NCBI GenBank assembly: GCA_046563655.1
Contig: CM102286.1
Coordinates: 8,184,001 to 8,248,000, forward strand
DNA: 64,000 bases
Origin: Yuukianura sp. NJ FZ-2021
Lineage: Eukaryota
Direction of reading: 5' to 3'
In this document: piece by piece, positions 11,075 to 24,921 of the stretch
Layout: every line of letters begins with the position of its first letter
Position numbering within the stretch: position 1 is the first letter of the stretch
Notes under the pieces: generated by a model
Seen by the model: the letters and a program-made list of their open reading frames with translations, nothing else
Databases searched by the model: none
What the model was told of the DNA's origin: nothing
Translations under genes and position numbers: made by a program

Positions 11075-11133
11075 CCTTCCCATGGGCTACGAGCCCGAGG
11101 GGGAAGGTAATTAACTAATAAAAAAAAAAAAAA
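11075..11133 (+). other. LINE 3' terminal stem-loop, polyadenylation signal and poly(A) tail
   Basis: CCTTCCC (11075-11081) pairs with GGGAAGG (11101-11107), enclosing GGGCT-ACG-AGCCC. AATAAA at 11117-11122 runs into A14 (11120-11133). Confidence 0.8.
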
Positions 11134-12518
11134 TTTGTTGGCCAATATTTTATACTGTAGAATAAATAACGCAACCACGGACCATTATCTTTCGTAAAAC
11201 ATATCGAGAAATTTTTACCCTGAAAGTTGACAGCGCGATGTTTCTAAAAAATTAAAAATAGATAGGTGATGCTGGCATAACTTACTTTGTCTCGATCGCG
11301 TAGTTCGCTCCGGAAAAGTCCCGTTGTAGTTTGAGGGCCGGGAAGAAGCATTTTTGAGTTTGTGAATTTTATCACACGCACCCTTAAAATTTTGCCAAGC
11401 AGTGAAGAAAAGGTCTTGGTTATTTCCATTGGTATCGAACTAATTATCAGTGCAGAATGCAGCTTGCTACTGCAATTCCCGGTAGTATTTTGGTTCATAT
11501 TTTTCAAGTGTAGCACTAGTAGGGTTTTTGAGCCTACTTCTAGTCGCCTTTCTGTACACTCTAATTTTATAGTCATGCGAACTACGAAGGGAAGCAAAGT
11601 GTGTCGCAGAAGAAGCGGAAATTTGTTGGCCAATATTTTATACTGTAGAATAAATAACGCAACCACGGACAATTATCTGTCGTAAAACATATCGAGAAAT
11701 TTTTACCCTGAATGTTGACAGCGGGATGTTTCTAAAAATTTAAAAATAGATAGGTGATGCTGGCATAACTTACGTTGCCTCGATCGCGTAGTTGGCTCCG
11801 GAAAAGTCCCGTTGTAGTTTGAGGGCCGGGAAGAAGCATTTTTGAATTTGTGAATTTTATCACACGCACTCTTAAAATTTTGCCAAGCAGTGAAGAAAAG
11901 ATCTTGGTTATTTCCATTGGTATCGAACTAATTATCAGTGCAGAATGCAGCTTGCTACTGCAATTCCTGGTAGTGTTTTGGTTCAAATTTTTCAAGTGTA
12001 GCACTAGTAGGTTTTTTGAGCCTAGTTCTAGTCGCCTTTCTGTCCACTCTAATTTTATAGTCATGCGAACTACGAAGGGAAGCAAAGTGTGTCGCAGAAG
12101 AAGCGGAAATTTGTTGGCCAATATTTTATACTGTAGAATAAATAACGCAACCACGGACCATTATCTTTCGTAAAACATATCGAGAAATTTTTACCCTGAA
12201 AGTTGACAGCGGGATGTTTCTAAAAATTTAAAAATAGATAGGTGATGCTGGCATAACTTACGTTGCCTCGATCGCGTAGTTGGCTCCGGAAAAGTCCCGT
12301 TGTAGTTTGAGGGCCGGGAAGAAGCATTTTTGAGTTTGTGAATTTTATCACACGCACCCTTAAAATTTTGCCAAGCAATGAAGAAAAGGTCTTGGTTATT
12401 TCCATTGGTATCGAACTAATTATCAGTGCAGAATGCAGCTTGCTACTGTAAATCTCGGTAGTATTTTGGTTCATATTTTTCAAGTGTAGCACTAGTAGGG
12501 TTTTTGAGCCTACTTCTA

Positions 12519-12646
12519 CCTTGGATATCAAAAGTTTAGGGAAGAGAAACCCGTGTCTCTCGCCTGCCCTAATGTGCTCTTATGGAGAAAAAGTACACAA
12601 GGCCCCATTCCGGGGTTTCTCTTCCCTAAACTTTTGAAATCCAAGG
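12519..12646. mobile_element. 128-bp MITE (Tc1/mariner-type TA target), copy 1
   Basis: ~33-bp TIRs CCTTGGAT[A/T]TCAAAAGTTTAGGGAAGAGAAACCC. TA is duplicated relative to empty monomers (ttcTAgtcgcc). Confidence 0.92.
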
Positions 12647-14599
12647 TAGTCGCCTTTCTGTACACACTAATTTTACAGTCATGCGAATTACGAAGGGAAG
12701 CAAAGTGTGTCGCAGAAGAAGCGGAAATTTGTTGGCCAATATTTTATACTGTAGAATAAATAACGCAACCACGGACAATTATCTTTCGTAAAACATATCG
12801 AGAAATTTTTACCCTGAATGTTGACAGCGGGATGTTTCTAAAAAATTAAAAATAGATAGGTGATGCTGGCATAACTTACTTTGTCTCGAACGCGTAGTTC
12901 GCTCCGGAAAAGTCCCGTTGTAGTTTCAGGGCCGGGAAGAAGCATTTTTGAGTTTGTGAATTTTATCACACGCACCCTTAAAATTTTGCCAAGCAGTAAA
13001 GAAAAGGTCTTGGTTATTTCCATTGGTATCGAACTAATTATCAGTGCAGAATGCAGCTTGCTACTGCAATTCCTGGTAGTGTTTTGGTTCAAATTTTTCA
13101 AGTGTAGCACTAGTAGGTTTTTTGAGCCTAGTTCTAGTCGCCTTTTTGTCTACTCTAATTTTATAGTCATACGAACTACCAAGGGAAGCAAAGTGTGTCG
13201 CAGAGAAAGCCGAAATTTGTTGGCCAATATTTTACGCTGTAGAATAAATAACGCAACCAAGGACCATTATCTTTCGTAAAACATATCGAGAAATTTTTAC
13301 CCTGAAAGTTGACAGCGGGATGTTTCTAAAAATTAAAAATAGATAGGTGAGGCTGGCATAATTTACTTTGTCTGGATCGCGTAGTTCGCTCCGGAAAAGT
13401 CCCGTTGTAGTTTAAGGGCCGGGAAGAAGCATTTTTGAGTTTGTGAATTTTATCACACGCACCCTTAAAATTTTGCCAAGCAGTGAAGAAAAGGTCTTGG
13501 TTATTTCCATTGGTATCGAACTAATTATCAGTGCAGAATGCAGCTTGCTACTGCAATTCCTGGTAGTGTTTTGGTTCAAATTTTTCAAGTGTAGCACTAG
13601 TAGGTTTTTTGAGCCTAGTTCTAGTCGCCTTTCTGTCCACTCTAATTTTATAGTCATGCGAACTACGAAGGGAAGCAAAGTGTGTCGCAGAAGAAGCGGA
13701 AATTTGTTGGCCAATATTTTATACTGTAGAATAAATAACGCAACCACGGACCATTATCTTTCGTAAAACATATCGAGAAATTTTTACCCTGAAAGTTGAC
13801 AGCGGGATGTTTCTAAAAATTTAAAAATAGATAGGTGATGCTGGCATAACTTACGTTGCCTCGATCGCGTAGTTGGCTCCGGAAAAGTCCCGTTGTAGTT
13901 TGAGGGCCGGGAAGAAGCATTTTTGAGTTTGTGAATTTTATCACACGCACCCTTAAAATTTTGCCAAGCAATGAAGAAAAGGTCTTGGTTATTTCCATTG
14001 GTATCGAACTAATTATCAGTGCAGAATGCAGCTTGCTACTGCAATTCCTGGTAGTGTTTTGGTTCAAATTTTTCAAGTGTAGCACTAGTAGGTTTTTTGA
14101 GCCTAGTTCTAGTCGCCTTTCTGTCCACTCTAATTTTATAGTCATGCGAACTACGAAGGGAAGCAAAGTGTGTCGCAGAAGAAGCGGAAATTTGTTGGCC
14201 AATATTTTATACTGTAGAATAAATAACGCAACCACGGACCATTATCTTTCGTAAAACATATCGAGAAATTTTTACCCTGAAAGTTGACAGCGGGATGTTT
14301 CTAAAAATTTAAAAATAGATAGGTGATGCTGGCATAACTTACGTTGCCTCGATCGCGTAGTTGGCTCCGGAAAAGTCCCGTTGTAGTTTGAGGGCCGGGA
14401 AGAAGCATTTTTGAGTTTGTGAATTTTATCACACGCACCCTTAAAATTTTGCCAAGCAATGAAGAAAAGGTCTTGGTTATTTCCATTGGTATCGAACTAA
14501 TTATCAGTGCAGAATGCAGCTTGCTACTGTAAATCTCGGTAGTATTTTGGTTCATATTTTTCAAGTGTAGCACTAGTAGGGTTTTTGAGCCTACTTCTA

Positions 14600-14727
14600 C
14601 CTTGGATATCAAAAGTTTAGGGAAGAGAAACCCGTGTCTCTCGCCTGCCCTAATGTGCTCTTATGGAGAAAAAGTACACAAGGCCCCATTCCGGGGTTTC
14701 TCTTCCCTAAACTTTTGAAATCCAAGG
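14600..14727. mobile_element. 128-bp MITE, copy 2
   Basis: Same sequence and same monomer position as copy 1, 2081 bp downstream. Confidence 0.92.
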
Positions 14728-16681
14728 TAGTCGCCTTTCTGTACACACTAATTTTACAGTCATGCGAATTACGAAGGGAAGCAAAGTGTGTCGCAGAAGA
14801 AGCGGAAATTTGTTGGCCAATATTTTATACTGTAGAATAAATAACGCAACCACGGACAATTATCTTTCGTAAAACATATCGAGAAATTTTTACCCTGAAT
14901 GTTGACAGCGGGATGTTTCTAAAAAATTAAAAATAGATAGGTGATGCTGGCATAACTTACTTTGTCTCGAACGCGTAGTTCGCTCCGGAAAAGTCCCGTT
15001 GTAGTTTCAGGGCCGGGAAGAAGCATTTTTGAGTTTGTGAATTTTATCACACGCACCCTTAAAATTTTGCCAAGCAGTAAAGAAAAGGTCTTGGTTATTT
15101 CCATTGGTATCGAACTAATTATCAGTGCAGAATGCAGCTTGCTACTGCAATTCCTGGTAGTGTTTTGGTTCAAATTTTTCAAGTGTAGCACTAGTAGGTT
15201 TTTTGAGCCTAGTTCTAGTCGCCTTTTTGTCTACTCTAATTTTATAGTCATACGAACTACCAAGGGAAGCAAAGTGTGTCGCAGAGAAAGCCGAAATTTG
15301 TTGGCCAATATTTTACGCTGTAGAATAAATAACGCAACCACGGACAATTATCTGTCGTAAAACATATCGAGAAATTTTTACCCTGAATGTTGACAGCGGG
15401 ATGTTTCTAAAAAATTAAAAATAGATAGGTGAGGCTGGCATAATTTACTTTGTCTGGATCGCGTAGTTCGCTCCGGAAAAGTCCCGTTGTAGTTTAAGGG
15501 CCGGGAAGAAGCATTTTTGAGTTTGTGAATTTTATCACACGCACCCTTAAAATTTTGCCAAGCAGTGAAGAAAAGGTCTTGGTTATTTCCATTGGTATCG
15601 AACTAATTATCAGTGCAGAATGCAGCTTGCTACTGCAATTCCTGGTAGTGTTTTGGTTCAAATTTTTCAAGTGTAGCACTAGTAGGTTTTTTGAGCCTAG
15701 TTCTAGTCGCCTTTCTGTCCACTCTAATTTTATAGTCATGCGAACTACGAAGGGAAGCAAAGTGTGTCGCAGAAGAAGCGGAAATTTGTTGGCCAATATT
15801 TTATACTGTAGAATAAATAACGCAACCACGGACCATTATCTTTCGTAAAACATATCGAGAAATTTTTACCCTGAAAGTTGACAGCGGGATGTTTCTAAAA
15901 ATTTAAAAATAGATAGGTGATGCTGGCATAACTTACGTTGCCTCGATCGCGTAGTTGGCTCCGGAAAAGTCCCGTTGTAGTTTGAGGGCCGGGAAGAAGC
16001 ATTTTTGAGTTTGTGAATTTTATCACACGCACCCTTAAAATTTTGCCAAGCAATGAAGAAAAGGTCTTGGTTATTTCCATTGGTATCGAACTAATTATCA
16101 GTGCAGAATGCAGCTTGCTACTGCAATTCCTGGTAGTGTTTTGGTTCAAATTTTTCAAGTGTAGCACTAGTAGGTTTTTTGAGCCTAGTTCTAGTCGCCT
16201 TTCTGTCCACTCTAATTTTATAGTCATGCGAACTACGAAGGGAAGCAAAGTGTGTCGCAGAAGAAGCGGAAATTTGTTGGCCAATATTTTATACTGTAGA
16301 ATAAATAACGCAACCACGGACCATTATCTTTCGTAAAACATATCGAGAAATTTTTACCCTGAAAGTTGACAGCGGGATGTTTCTAAAAATTTAAAAATAG
16401 ATAGGTGATGCTGGCATAACTTACGTTGCCTCGATCGCGTAGTTGGCTCCGGAAAAGTCCCGTTGTAGTTTGAGGGCCGGGAAGAAGCATTTTTGAGTTT
16501 GTGAATTTTATCACACGCACCCTTAAAATTTTGCCAAGCAATGAAGAAAAGGTCTTGGTTATTTCCATTGGTATCGAACTAATTATCAGTGCAGAATGCA
16601 GCTTGCTACTGTAAATCTCGGTAGTATTTTGGTTCATATTTTTCAAGTGTAGCACTAGTAGGGTTTTTGAGCCTACTTCTA

Positions 16682-16809
16682 CCTTGGATATCAAAAGTTT
16701 AGGGAAGAGAAACCCGTGTCTCTCGCCTGCCCTAATGTGCTCTTATGGAGAAAAAGTACACAAGGCCCCATTCCGGGGTTTCTCTTCCCTAAACTTTTGA
16801 AATCCAAGG
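16682..16809. mobile_element. 128-bp MITE, copy 3
   Basis: Same sequence and position, 2082 bp after copy 2. Confidence 0.92.
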
Positions 16810-19800
16810 TAGTCGCCTTTCTGTACACACTAATTTTACAGTCATGCGAATTACGAAGGGAAGCAAAGTGTGTCGCAGAAGAAGCGGAAATTTGTTGGCC
16901 AATATTTTATACTGTAGAATAAATAACGCAACCACGGACAATTATCTTTCGTAAAACATATCGAGAAATTTTTACCCTGAATGTTGACAGCGGGATGTTT
17001 CTAAAAAATTAAAAATAGATAGGTGATGCTGGCATAACTTACTTTGTCTCGAACGCGTAGTTCGCTCCGGAAAAGTCCCGTTGTAGTTTCAGGGCCGGGA
17101 AGAAGCATTTTTGAGTTTGTGAATTTTATCACACGCACCCTTAAAATTTTGCCAAGCAGTAAAGAAAAGGTCTTGGTTATTTCCATTGGTATCGAACTAA
17201 TTATCAGTGCAGAATGCAGCTTGCTACTGCAATTCCTGGTAGTGTTTTGGTTCAAATTTTTCAAGTGTAGCACTAGTAGGTTTTTTGAGCCTAGTTCTAG
17301 TCGCCTTTTTGTCCACTCTAATTTTATAGTCATACGAACTACCAAGGGAAGCAAAGTGTGCCGCAGAGAAAGCCGAAATTTGTTGGCCAATATTTTACGC
17401 TGTAGAATAAATAACGCAACCAAGGACCATTATCTTTCGTAAAACATATCGAGAAATTTTTACCCTGAAAGTTGACAGCGGGATGTTTCTAAAAATTTAA
17501 AAATAGATAGGTGATGCTGGCATAACTTACGTTGCCTCGATCGCGTAGTTGGCTCCGGAAAAGTCCCGTTGTAGTTTGAGGGCCGGGAAGAAGCATTTTT
17601 GAATTTGTGAATTTTATCACACGCACCCTTAAAATTTTGCCAAGCAGTAAAGAAAAGGTCTTGGTTATTTCCATTGGTATCGAACTAATTATCAGTGCAG
17701 AATGCAGCTTGCTACTGCAATTCCTGGTAGTATTTTGGTTCAAATTTTTCAAGTCTAGCACTAGTAGGTTTTTTGAGCCTAGTTCTAGTCGCCTTTCTGT
17801 CCAGGGAAGCAAAGTGTGTCGCAGAGAAAGCCGAAATTTGTTGGCCAATATTTTATACTGTAGAATAAATAACGCAACCACGGACAATTATCTTTCGTAA
17901 AACATATCGAGAAATTTTTACCCTGAATGTTGACAGCGGGATGTTTCTAAAAAATTAAAAATAGATAGGTGATGCTGGCATAACTTACTTTGTCTCGAAC
18001 GCGTAGTTCGCTCCGGAAAAGTCCCGTTGTAGTTTGAGGGCCGGGAAGAAGCATTTTTGAGTTTGTGAATTTTATCACACGCACCCTTAAAATTTTGCCA
18101 AGCAGTAAAGAAAAGGTCTTGGTTATTTCAATTGGTATCGAACTAATTATCAGTGCAGAATGCAGCTTGCTACTGCAATTCCTGGTAGTATTTTGGTTCA
18201 AATTTTTCAAGTCTAGCACTAGTAGGTTTTTTGAGCCTAGTTCTAGTCGCCTTTCTGTCCAGGGAAGCAAAGTGTGTCGCAGAGAAAGCCGAAATTTGTT
18301 GGCCAATATTTTATACTGTAGAATAAATAACGCAACCACGGACAATTATCTTTCGTAAAACATATCGAGAAATTTTTACCCTGAAAGTTGACAGCGCGAT
18401 GTTTCTAAAAAATTAAAAATAGATAGGTGATGCTGGCATAACATACTTTGTCTCGAACGCGTAGTTCGCTCCGGAAAAGTCCCGTTGTAGTTTGAGAGCC
18501 GGGAAGAAGCATTTTTGAGTTTGTGAATTTTATCACACGCACCCTTAAAATTTTGCCAAGCAGTGAAGAAAAGGTCTTGGTTATTTCCATTGGTATCGAA
18601 CTAATTATCAGTGCAGAATGCAGCTTGCTACTGCAATTCCTGGTAGTATTTTGGTTCAAATTTTTCAAGTCTAGCACTAGTAGGTTTTTTGAGCCTAGTT
18701 CTAGTCGCCTTTCTGTCCAGGGAAGCAAACTGTGTCGCAGAGAAAGCCGAAATTTGTTGGCCAATATTTTATACTGTAGAATAAATAACGCAACCACGGA
18801 CAATTATCTTTCGTAAAACATATCGAGAAATTTTTACCCTGAATGTTGACAGCGGGATGTTTCTAAAAAATTAAAAATAGATAGGTGATGCTGGCATAAC
18901 TTACTTTGTCTCGAACGCGTAGTTCGCTCCGGAAAAGTCCCGTTGTAGTTTCAGGGCCGGGAAGAAGCATTTTTGAGTTTGTAAATTTTATCACACGCAC
19001 CCTTAAAATTTTGCCAAGCAGTAAAGAAAAGGTCTTGGTTATTTCCATTGGTATCGAACTAATTATCAGTTCAGAATGCAGATTGCTACTGCAATTCCTG
19101 GTAGTGTTTTGGTTCAAATTTTTCAAGTGTAGCACTATTAGGTTTTTTGAGCCTAGTTCTAGTCGCCTTTCTGTGCACTCTAATTTTATAGTCATGCGAA
19201 CTACGAAGGGAAGCAAAGTGTGTCGCAGAAGAAGCGGAAATTTGTTGGCCAATATTTTATACTGTAGAATAAATAACGCAACCACGGACAATTATCTTTC
19301 GTAAAACATATCGAGAAATTTTTACCCTGAATGTTGACAGCGCGATGTTTCTAAAAAATTAAAAATAGGTGATGCTGGCATAACTTACTTTGTCTCGATT
19401 GCGTAGTTCGCTCCGGAAAAGTCCCGTTGTAGTTTGAGGGCCGGGAAGAAGCATTTTTGAGTTTGTGAATTTTATCACACGCACTTTTAAAATTTTGCCA
19501 AGCAGTAAAGAAAAGGTCTTGGTTATTTCCATTGGTATCGAACTAATTATCAGTGCAGAATGCAGCTTGCTACTGCAATTCCTGGTAGTATTTTGGTTCA
19601 AATTTTTCAAGTCTAGCACTAGTAGGTTTTTTGAGCCTAGTTCTAGTCGCCTTTTTGTCCACTCTAATTTTATAGTCATACGAACTACCAAGGGAAGCAA
19701 AGTGTGTCGCAGAGAAAGCCGAAATTTGTTGGCCAATATTTTACGCTGTAGAATAAATAACGCAACCAAGGACCATTATCTTTCGTAAAACATATCGAGA

Positions 19801-22800
19801 AATTTTTACCCTGAAAGTTGACAGCGGGATGTTTCTAAAAATTTAAAAATAGATAGGTGATGCTGGCATAACTTACGTTGCCTCGATCGCGTAGTTGGCT
19901 CCGGAAAAGTCCCGTTGTAGTTTGAGGGCCGGGAAGAAGCATTTTTGAATTTGTGAATTTTATCACACGCACCCTTAAAATTTTGCCAAGCAGTGAAGAA
20001 AAGGTCTTGGTTATTTCCATTGGTATCGAACTAATTATCAGTGCAGAATGCAGCTTGCTACTGCAATTCCTGGTAGTATTTTGGTTCAAATTTTTCAAGT
20101 CTAGCACTAGTAGGTTTTTTGAGCCTAGTTCTAGTCGCCTTTCTGTCCAGGGAAGCAAACTGTGTCGCAGAGAAAGCCGAAATTTGTTGGCCAATATTTT
20201 ATACTGTAGAATAAATAACGCAACCACGGACAATTATCTTTCGTAAAACATATCGAGAAATTTTTACCCTGAATGTTGACAGCGGGATGTTTCTAAAAAA
20301 TTAAAAATAGATAGGTGATGCTGGCATAACTTACTTTGTCTCGAACGCGTAGTTCGCTCCGGAAAAGTCCCGTTGTAGTTTCAGGGCCGGGAAGAAGCAT
20401 TTTTGAGTTTGTAAATTTTATCACACGCACCCTTAAAATTTTGCCAAGCAGTAAAGAAAAGGTCTTGGTTATTTCCATTGGTATCGAACTAATTATCAGT
20501 GCAGAATGCAGCTTGCTACTGCAATTCCTGGTAGTGTTTTGGTTCAAATTTTTCAAGTGTAGCACTAGTAGGTTTTTTGAGCCTAGTTCTAGTCGCCTTT
20601 CTGTGCACTCTAATTTTATAGTCATGCGAACTACGAAGGGAAGCAAAGTGTGTCGCAGAAGAAGCGGAAATTTGTTGGCCAATATTTTATACTGTAGAAT
20701 AAATAACGCAACCACGGACAATTATCTTTCGTAAAACATATCGAGAAATTTTTACCCTGAATGTTGACAGCGCGATGTTTCTAAAAAATTAAAAATAGGT
20801 GATGCTGGCATAACTTACTTTGTCTCGATTGCGTAGTTCGCTCCGGAAAAGTCCCGTTGTAGTTTGAGGGCCGGGAAGAAGCATTTTTGAGTTTGTGAAT
20901 TTTATCACACGCACTTTTAAAATTTTGCCAAGCAGTAAAGAAAAGGTCTTGGTTATTTCCATTGGTATCGAACTAATTATCAGTGCAGAATGCAGCTTGC
21001 TACTGCAATTCCTGGTAGTATTTTGGTTCAAATTTTTCAAGTCTAGCACTAGTAGGTTTTTTGAGCCTAGTTCTAGTCGCCTTTTTGTCCACTCTAATTT
21101 TATAGTCATACGAACTACCAAGGGAAGCAAAGTGTGTCGCAGAGAAAGCCGAAATTTGTTGGCCAATATTTTACGCTGTAGAATAAATAACGCAACCAAG
21201 GACCATTATCTTTCGTAAAACATATCGAGAAATTTTTACCCTGAAAGTTGACAGCGGGATGTTTCTAAAAATTTAAAAATAGATAGGTGATGCTGGCATA
21301 ACTTACGTTGCCTCGATCGCGTAGTTGGCTCCGGAAAAGTCCCGTTGTAGTTTGAGGGCCGGGAAGAAGCATTTTTGAATTTGTGAATTTTATCACACGC
21401 ACTCTTAAAATTTTGCCAAGCAGTGAAGAAAAGGTCTTGGTTATTTCAATTGGTATCGAACTAATTATCAGTGCAGAATGCAGCTTGCTACTGCAATTCC
21501 TGGTAGTATTTTGGTTCAAATTTTTCAAGTCTAGCACTAGTAGGTTTTTTGAGCCTAGTTCTAGTCGCCTTTCTGTCCAGGGAAGCAAAGTGTGTCGCAG
21601 AGAAAGCCGAAATTTGTTGGCCAATATTTTATACTGTAGAATAAATAACGCAACCACAGACAATTATCTTTCGTAAAATATCGAGAAATTTTTACCCTGA
21701 ATGTTGACAGCGCGATGTTTCTAAAAAATTAAAAATAGATAGGTGATGCTGGCATAACTTACTTTGTCTCGATCGCGTTGTTCGCTCCGGAAAAGTCCCG
21801 TTGTAGTTTAAGGGTCGGGAAGAAGCATTTTTGAGTTTGAATTTTATCACACGCACCCTTAAAACTTTGCCAAGCAGTGAAGAAAAGGTCTTGGTTATTT
21901 CAATTGGTATCGAACTAATTATCAGTGCAGAATGCAGCTTGCTACTGCAATTCCTGGTAGTATTTTGGTTCAAATTTTTCAAGTCTAGCACTAGTAGGTT
22001 TTTTGAGCCTAGTTCTAGTCGCCTTTCTGTCCAGGGAAGCAAAGTGTGTCGCAGAGAAAGCCGAAATTTGTTGGCCAATATTTTATACTGTAGAATAAAT
22101 AACGCAACCACGGACAATTATCTTTCGTAAAACATATCGAGAAATTTTTACCCTGAAAGTTGACAGCGCGATGTTTCTAAAAATTAAAAATAGATAGGTG
22201 ATGCTGGCATAACATACTTTGTCTCGAACGCGTAGTTCGCTCCGGAAAAGTCCCGTTGTAGTTTGAGAGCCGGGAAGAAGCATTTTTGAGTTTGTGAATT
22301 TTATCACACGCACCCTTAAAATTTTGCCAAGCAGTGAAGAAAAGGTCTTGGTTATTTCCATTGGTATCGAACTAATTATCAGTGCAGAATGCAGCTTGCT
22401 ACTGCAATTCCTGGTAGTATTTTGGTTCAAATTTTTCAAGTCTAGCACTAGTAGGTTTTTTGAGCCTAGTTCTAGTCGCCTTTCTGTTCAGGGAAGCAAA
22501 CTGTGTCGCAGAGAAAGCCGAAATTTGTTGGCCAATATTTTATACTGTAGAATAAATAACGCAACCACGGACAATTATCTTTCGTAAAACATATCGAGAA
22601 ATTTTTACCCTGAATGTTGACAGCGGGATGTTTCTAAAAAATTAAAAATAGATAGGTGATGCTGGCATAACTTACTTTGTCTCGAACGCGTAGTTCGCTC
22701 CGGAAAAGTCCCGTTGTAGTTTCAGGGCCGGGAAGAAGCATTTTTGAGTTTGTAAATTTTATCACACGCACCCTTAAAATTTTGCCAAGCAGTAAAGAAA

Positions 22801-24793
22801 AGGTCTTGGTTATTTCCATTGGTATCGAACTAATTATCAGTGCAGAATGCAGCTTGCTACTGCAATTCCTGGTAGTATTTTGGTTCAAATTTTTCAAGTC
22901 TAGCACTAGTAGGTTTTTTGAGCCTAGTTCTAGTCGCCTTTCTGTCCAGGGAAGCAAAGTGTGTCGCAGAGAAAGCCGAAATTTGTTGGCCAATATTTTA
23001 TACTGTAGAATAAATAACGCAACCACAGACAATTATCTTTCGTAAAACATATCGAGAAATTTTTACCCTGAATGTTGACAGCGCGATGTTTCTAAAAAAT
23101 TAAAAATAGATAGGTGATGCTGGCATAACTTACTTTGTCTCGATCGCGTTGTTCGCTCCGGAAAAGTCCCGTTGTAGTTTAAGGGTCGGGAAGAAGCATT
23201 TTTGAGTTTGTGAATTTTATCACACGCACCCTTAAAATTTTGCCAAGCAGTGAAGAAAAGGTCTTGGTTATTTCCATTGGTATCGAACTAATTATCAGTG
23301 CAGAATGCAGCTTGCTACTGCAATTCCTGGTAGTATTTTGGTTCAAATTTTTCAAGTCTAGCACTAGTAGGTTTTTTGAGCCAAGTTCTAGTCGCCTTTC
23401 TGTCCAGGGAAGCAAAGTGTGTCGCAGAGAAAGCCGAAATTTGTTGGCCAATATTTTATACTGTAGAATAAATAACGCAACCACGGACAATTATCTTTCG
23501 TAAAACATATCGAGAAATTTTTACCCTGAATGTTGACAGCGGGATGTTTCAAAAAATTAAAAATAGATAGGTGATGCTGGCATAACTTACTTTGTCTCGA
23601 ACGCGTAGTTCGCTCCGGAAAAGTCCCGTTCTAGTTTCAGGGCCGGGAAGAAGCATTTTTGAGTTTGTGAATTTTATCACACGCACCCTTAAAATTTTGC
23701 CAAGCAGTAAAGAAAAGGTCTTGGTTATTTCCATTGGTATCGAACTAATTATCAGTGCAGAATGCAGCTTGCTACTGCAATTCCTGGTAGTGTTTGGGTT
23801 CAAATTTTTCAAGTCTAGCACTAGTAGGTTTTTTGAGCCTAGTTCTAGTCGCCTTTCTGTCCAGGGAAGCAAAGTGTGTCGCAGAGAAAGCCGAAATTTG
23901 TTGGCCAATATTTTATACTGTGGAATAAATAACGCAACCACGGACAATTATCTGTCGTAAAACATATCGAGAAATTTTTACCCTGAATGTTGACAGCGGG
24001 ATGTTTCTAAAAATTTAAAAATAGATAGGTGATGCTGGCATAACTTACGTTGCCTCGATCGCGTAGTTGGCTCCGGAAAAGTCCCGTTGTAGTTTGAGGG
24101 CCGGGAAGAAGCATTTTTGAATTTGTGAATTTTATCACACGCACTCTTAAAATTTTGCCAAGCAGTGAAGAAAAGATCTTGGTTATTTCCATTGGTATCG
24201 AACTAATTATCAGTGCAGAATGCAGCTTGCTACTGCAATTCCTGGTAGTGTTTTGGTTCAAATTTTTCAAGTGTAGCACTAGTAGGTTTTTTGAGCCTAG
24301 TTCTAGTCGCCTTTCTGTCCACTCTAATTTTATAGTCATGCGAACTACGAAGGGAAGCAAAGTGTGTCGCAGAAGAAGCGGAAATTTGTTGGCCAATATT
24401 TTATACTGTAGAATAAATAACGCAACCACGGACCATTATCTTTCGTAAAACATATCGAGAAATTTTTACCCTGAAAGTTGACAGCGGGATGTTTCTAAAA
24501 ATTTAAAAATAGATAGGTGATGCTGGCATAACTTACGTTGCCTCGATCGCGTAGTTGGCTCCGGAAAAGTCCCGTTGTAGTTTGAGGGCCGGGAAGAAGC
24601 ATTTTTGAGTTTGTGAATTTTATCACACGCACCCTTAAAATTTTGCCAAGCAATGAAGAAAAGGTCTTGGTTATTTCCATTGGTATCGAACTAATTATCA
24701 GTGCAGAATGCAGCTTGCTACTGTAAATCTCGGTAGTATTTTGGTTCATATTTTTCAAGTGTAGCACTAGTAGGGTTTTTGAGCCTACTTCTA

Positions 24794-24921
24794 CCTTGGA
24801 TATCAAAAGTTTAGGGAAGAGAAACCCGTGTCTCTCGCCTGCCCTAATGTGCTCTTATGGAGAAAAAGTACACAAGGCCCCATTCCGGGGTTTCTCTTCC
24901 CTAAACTTTTGAAATCCAAGG
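24794..24921. mobile_element. 128-bp MITE, copy 4
   Basis: Same sequence and position, 12275 bp after copy 1. Confidence 0.92.

Larger units (their letters stand above)
6997..11133 (+). mobile_element. Non-LTR retrotransposon (LINE), RTE-X-like, with no ORF1 in this copy and an extra 3' ORF
   Basis: Sharp shift to C/A-rich composition at ~7000, APE-RT-CCHC ORF2, 3' hairpin, AATAAA and an A14 tail. The clade is judged by eye from post-RT motifs (LFDSII.STLLYGAGVWG, E.GR, NWVSQLK, CPLC..EDSIFHLL.KC). The 5' boundary is approximate. Confidence 0.93.
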
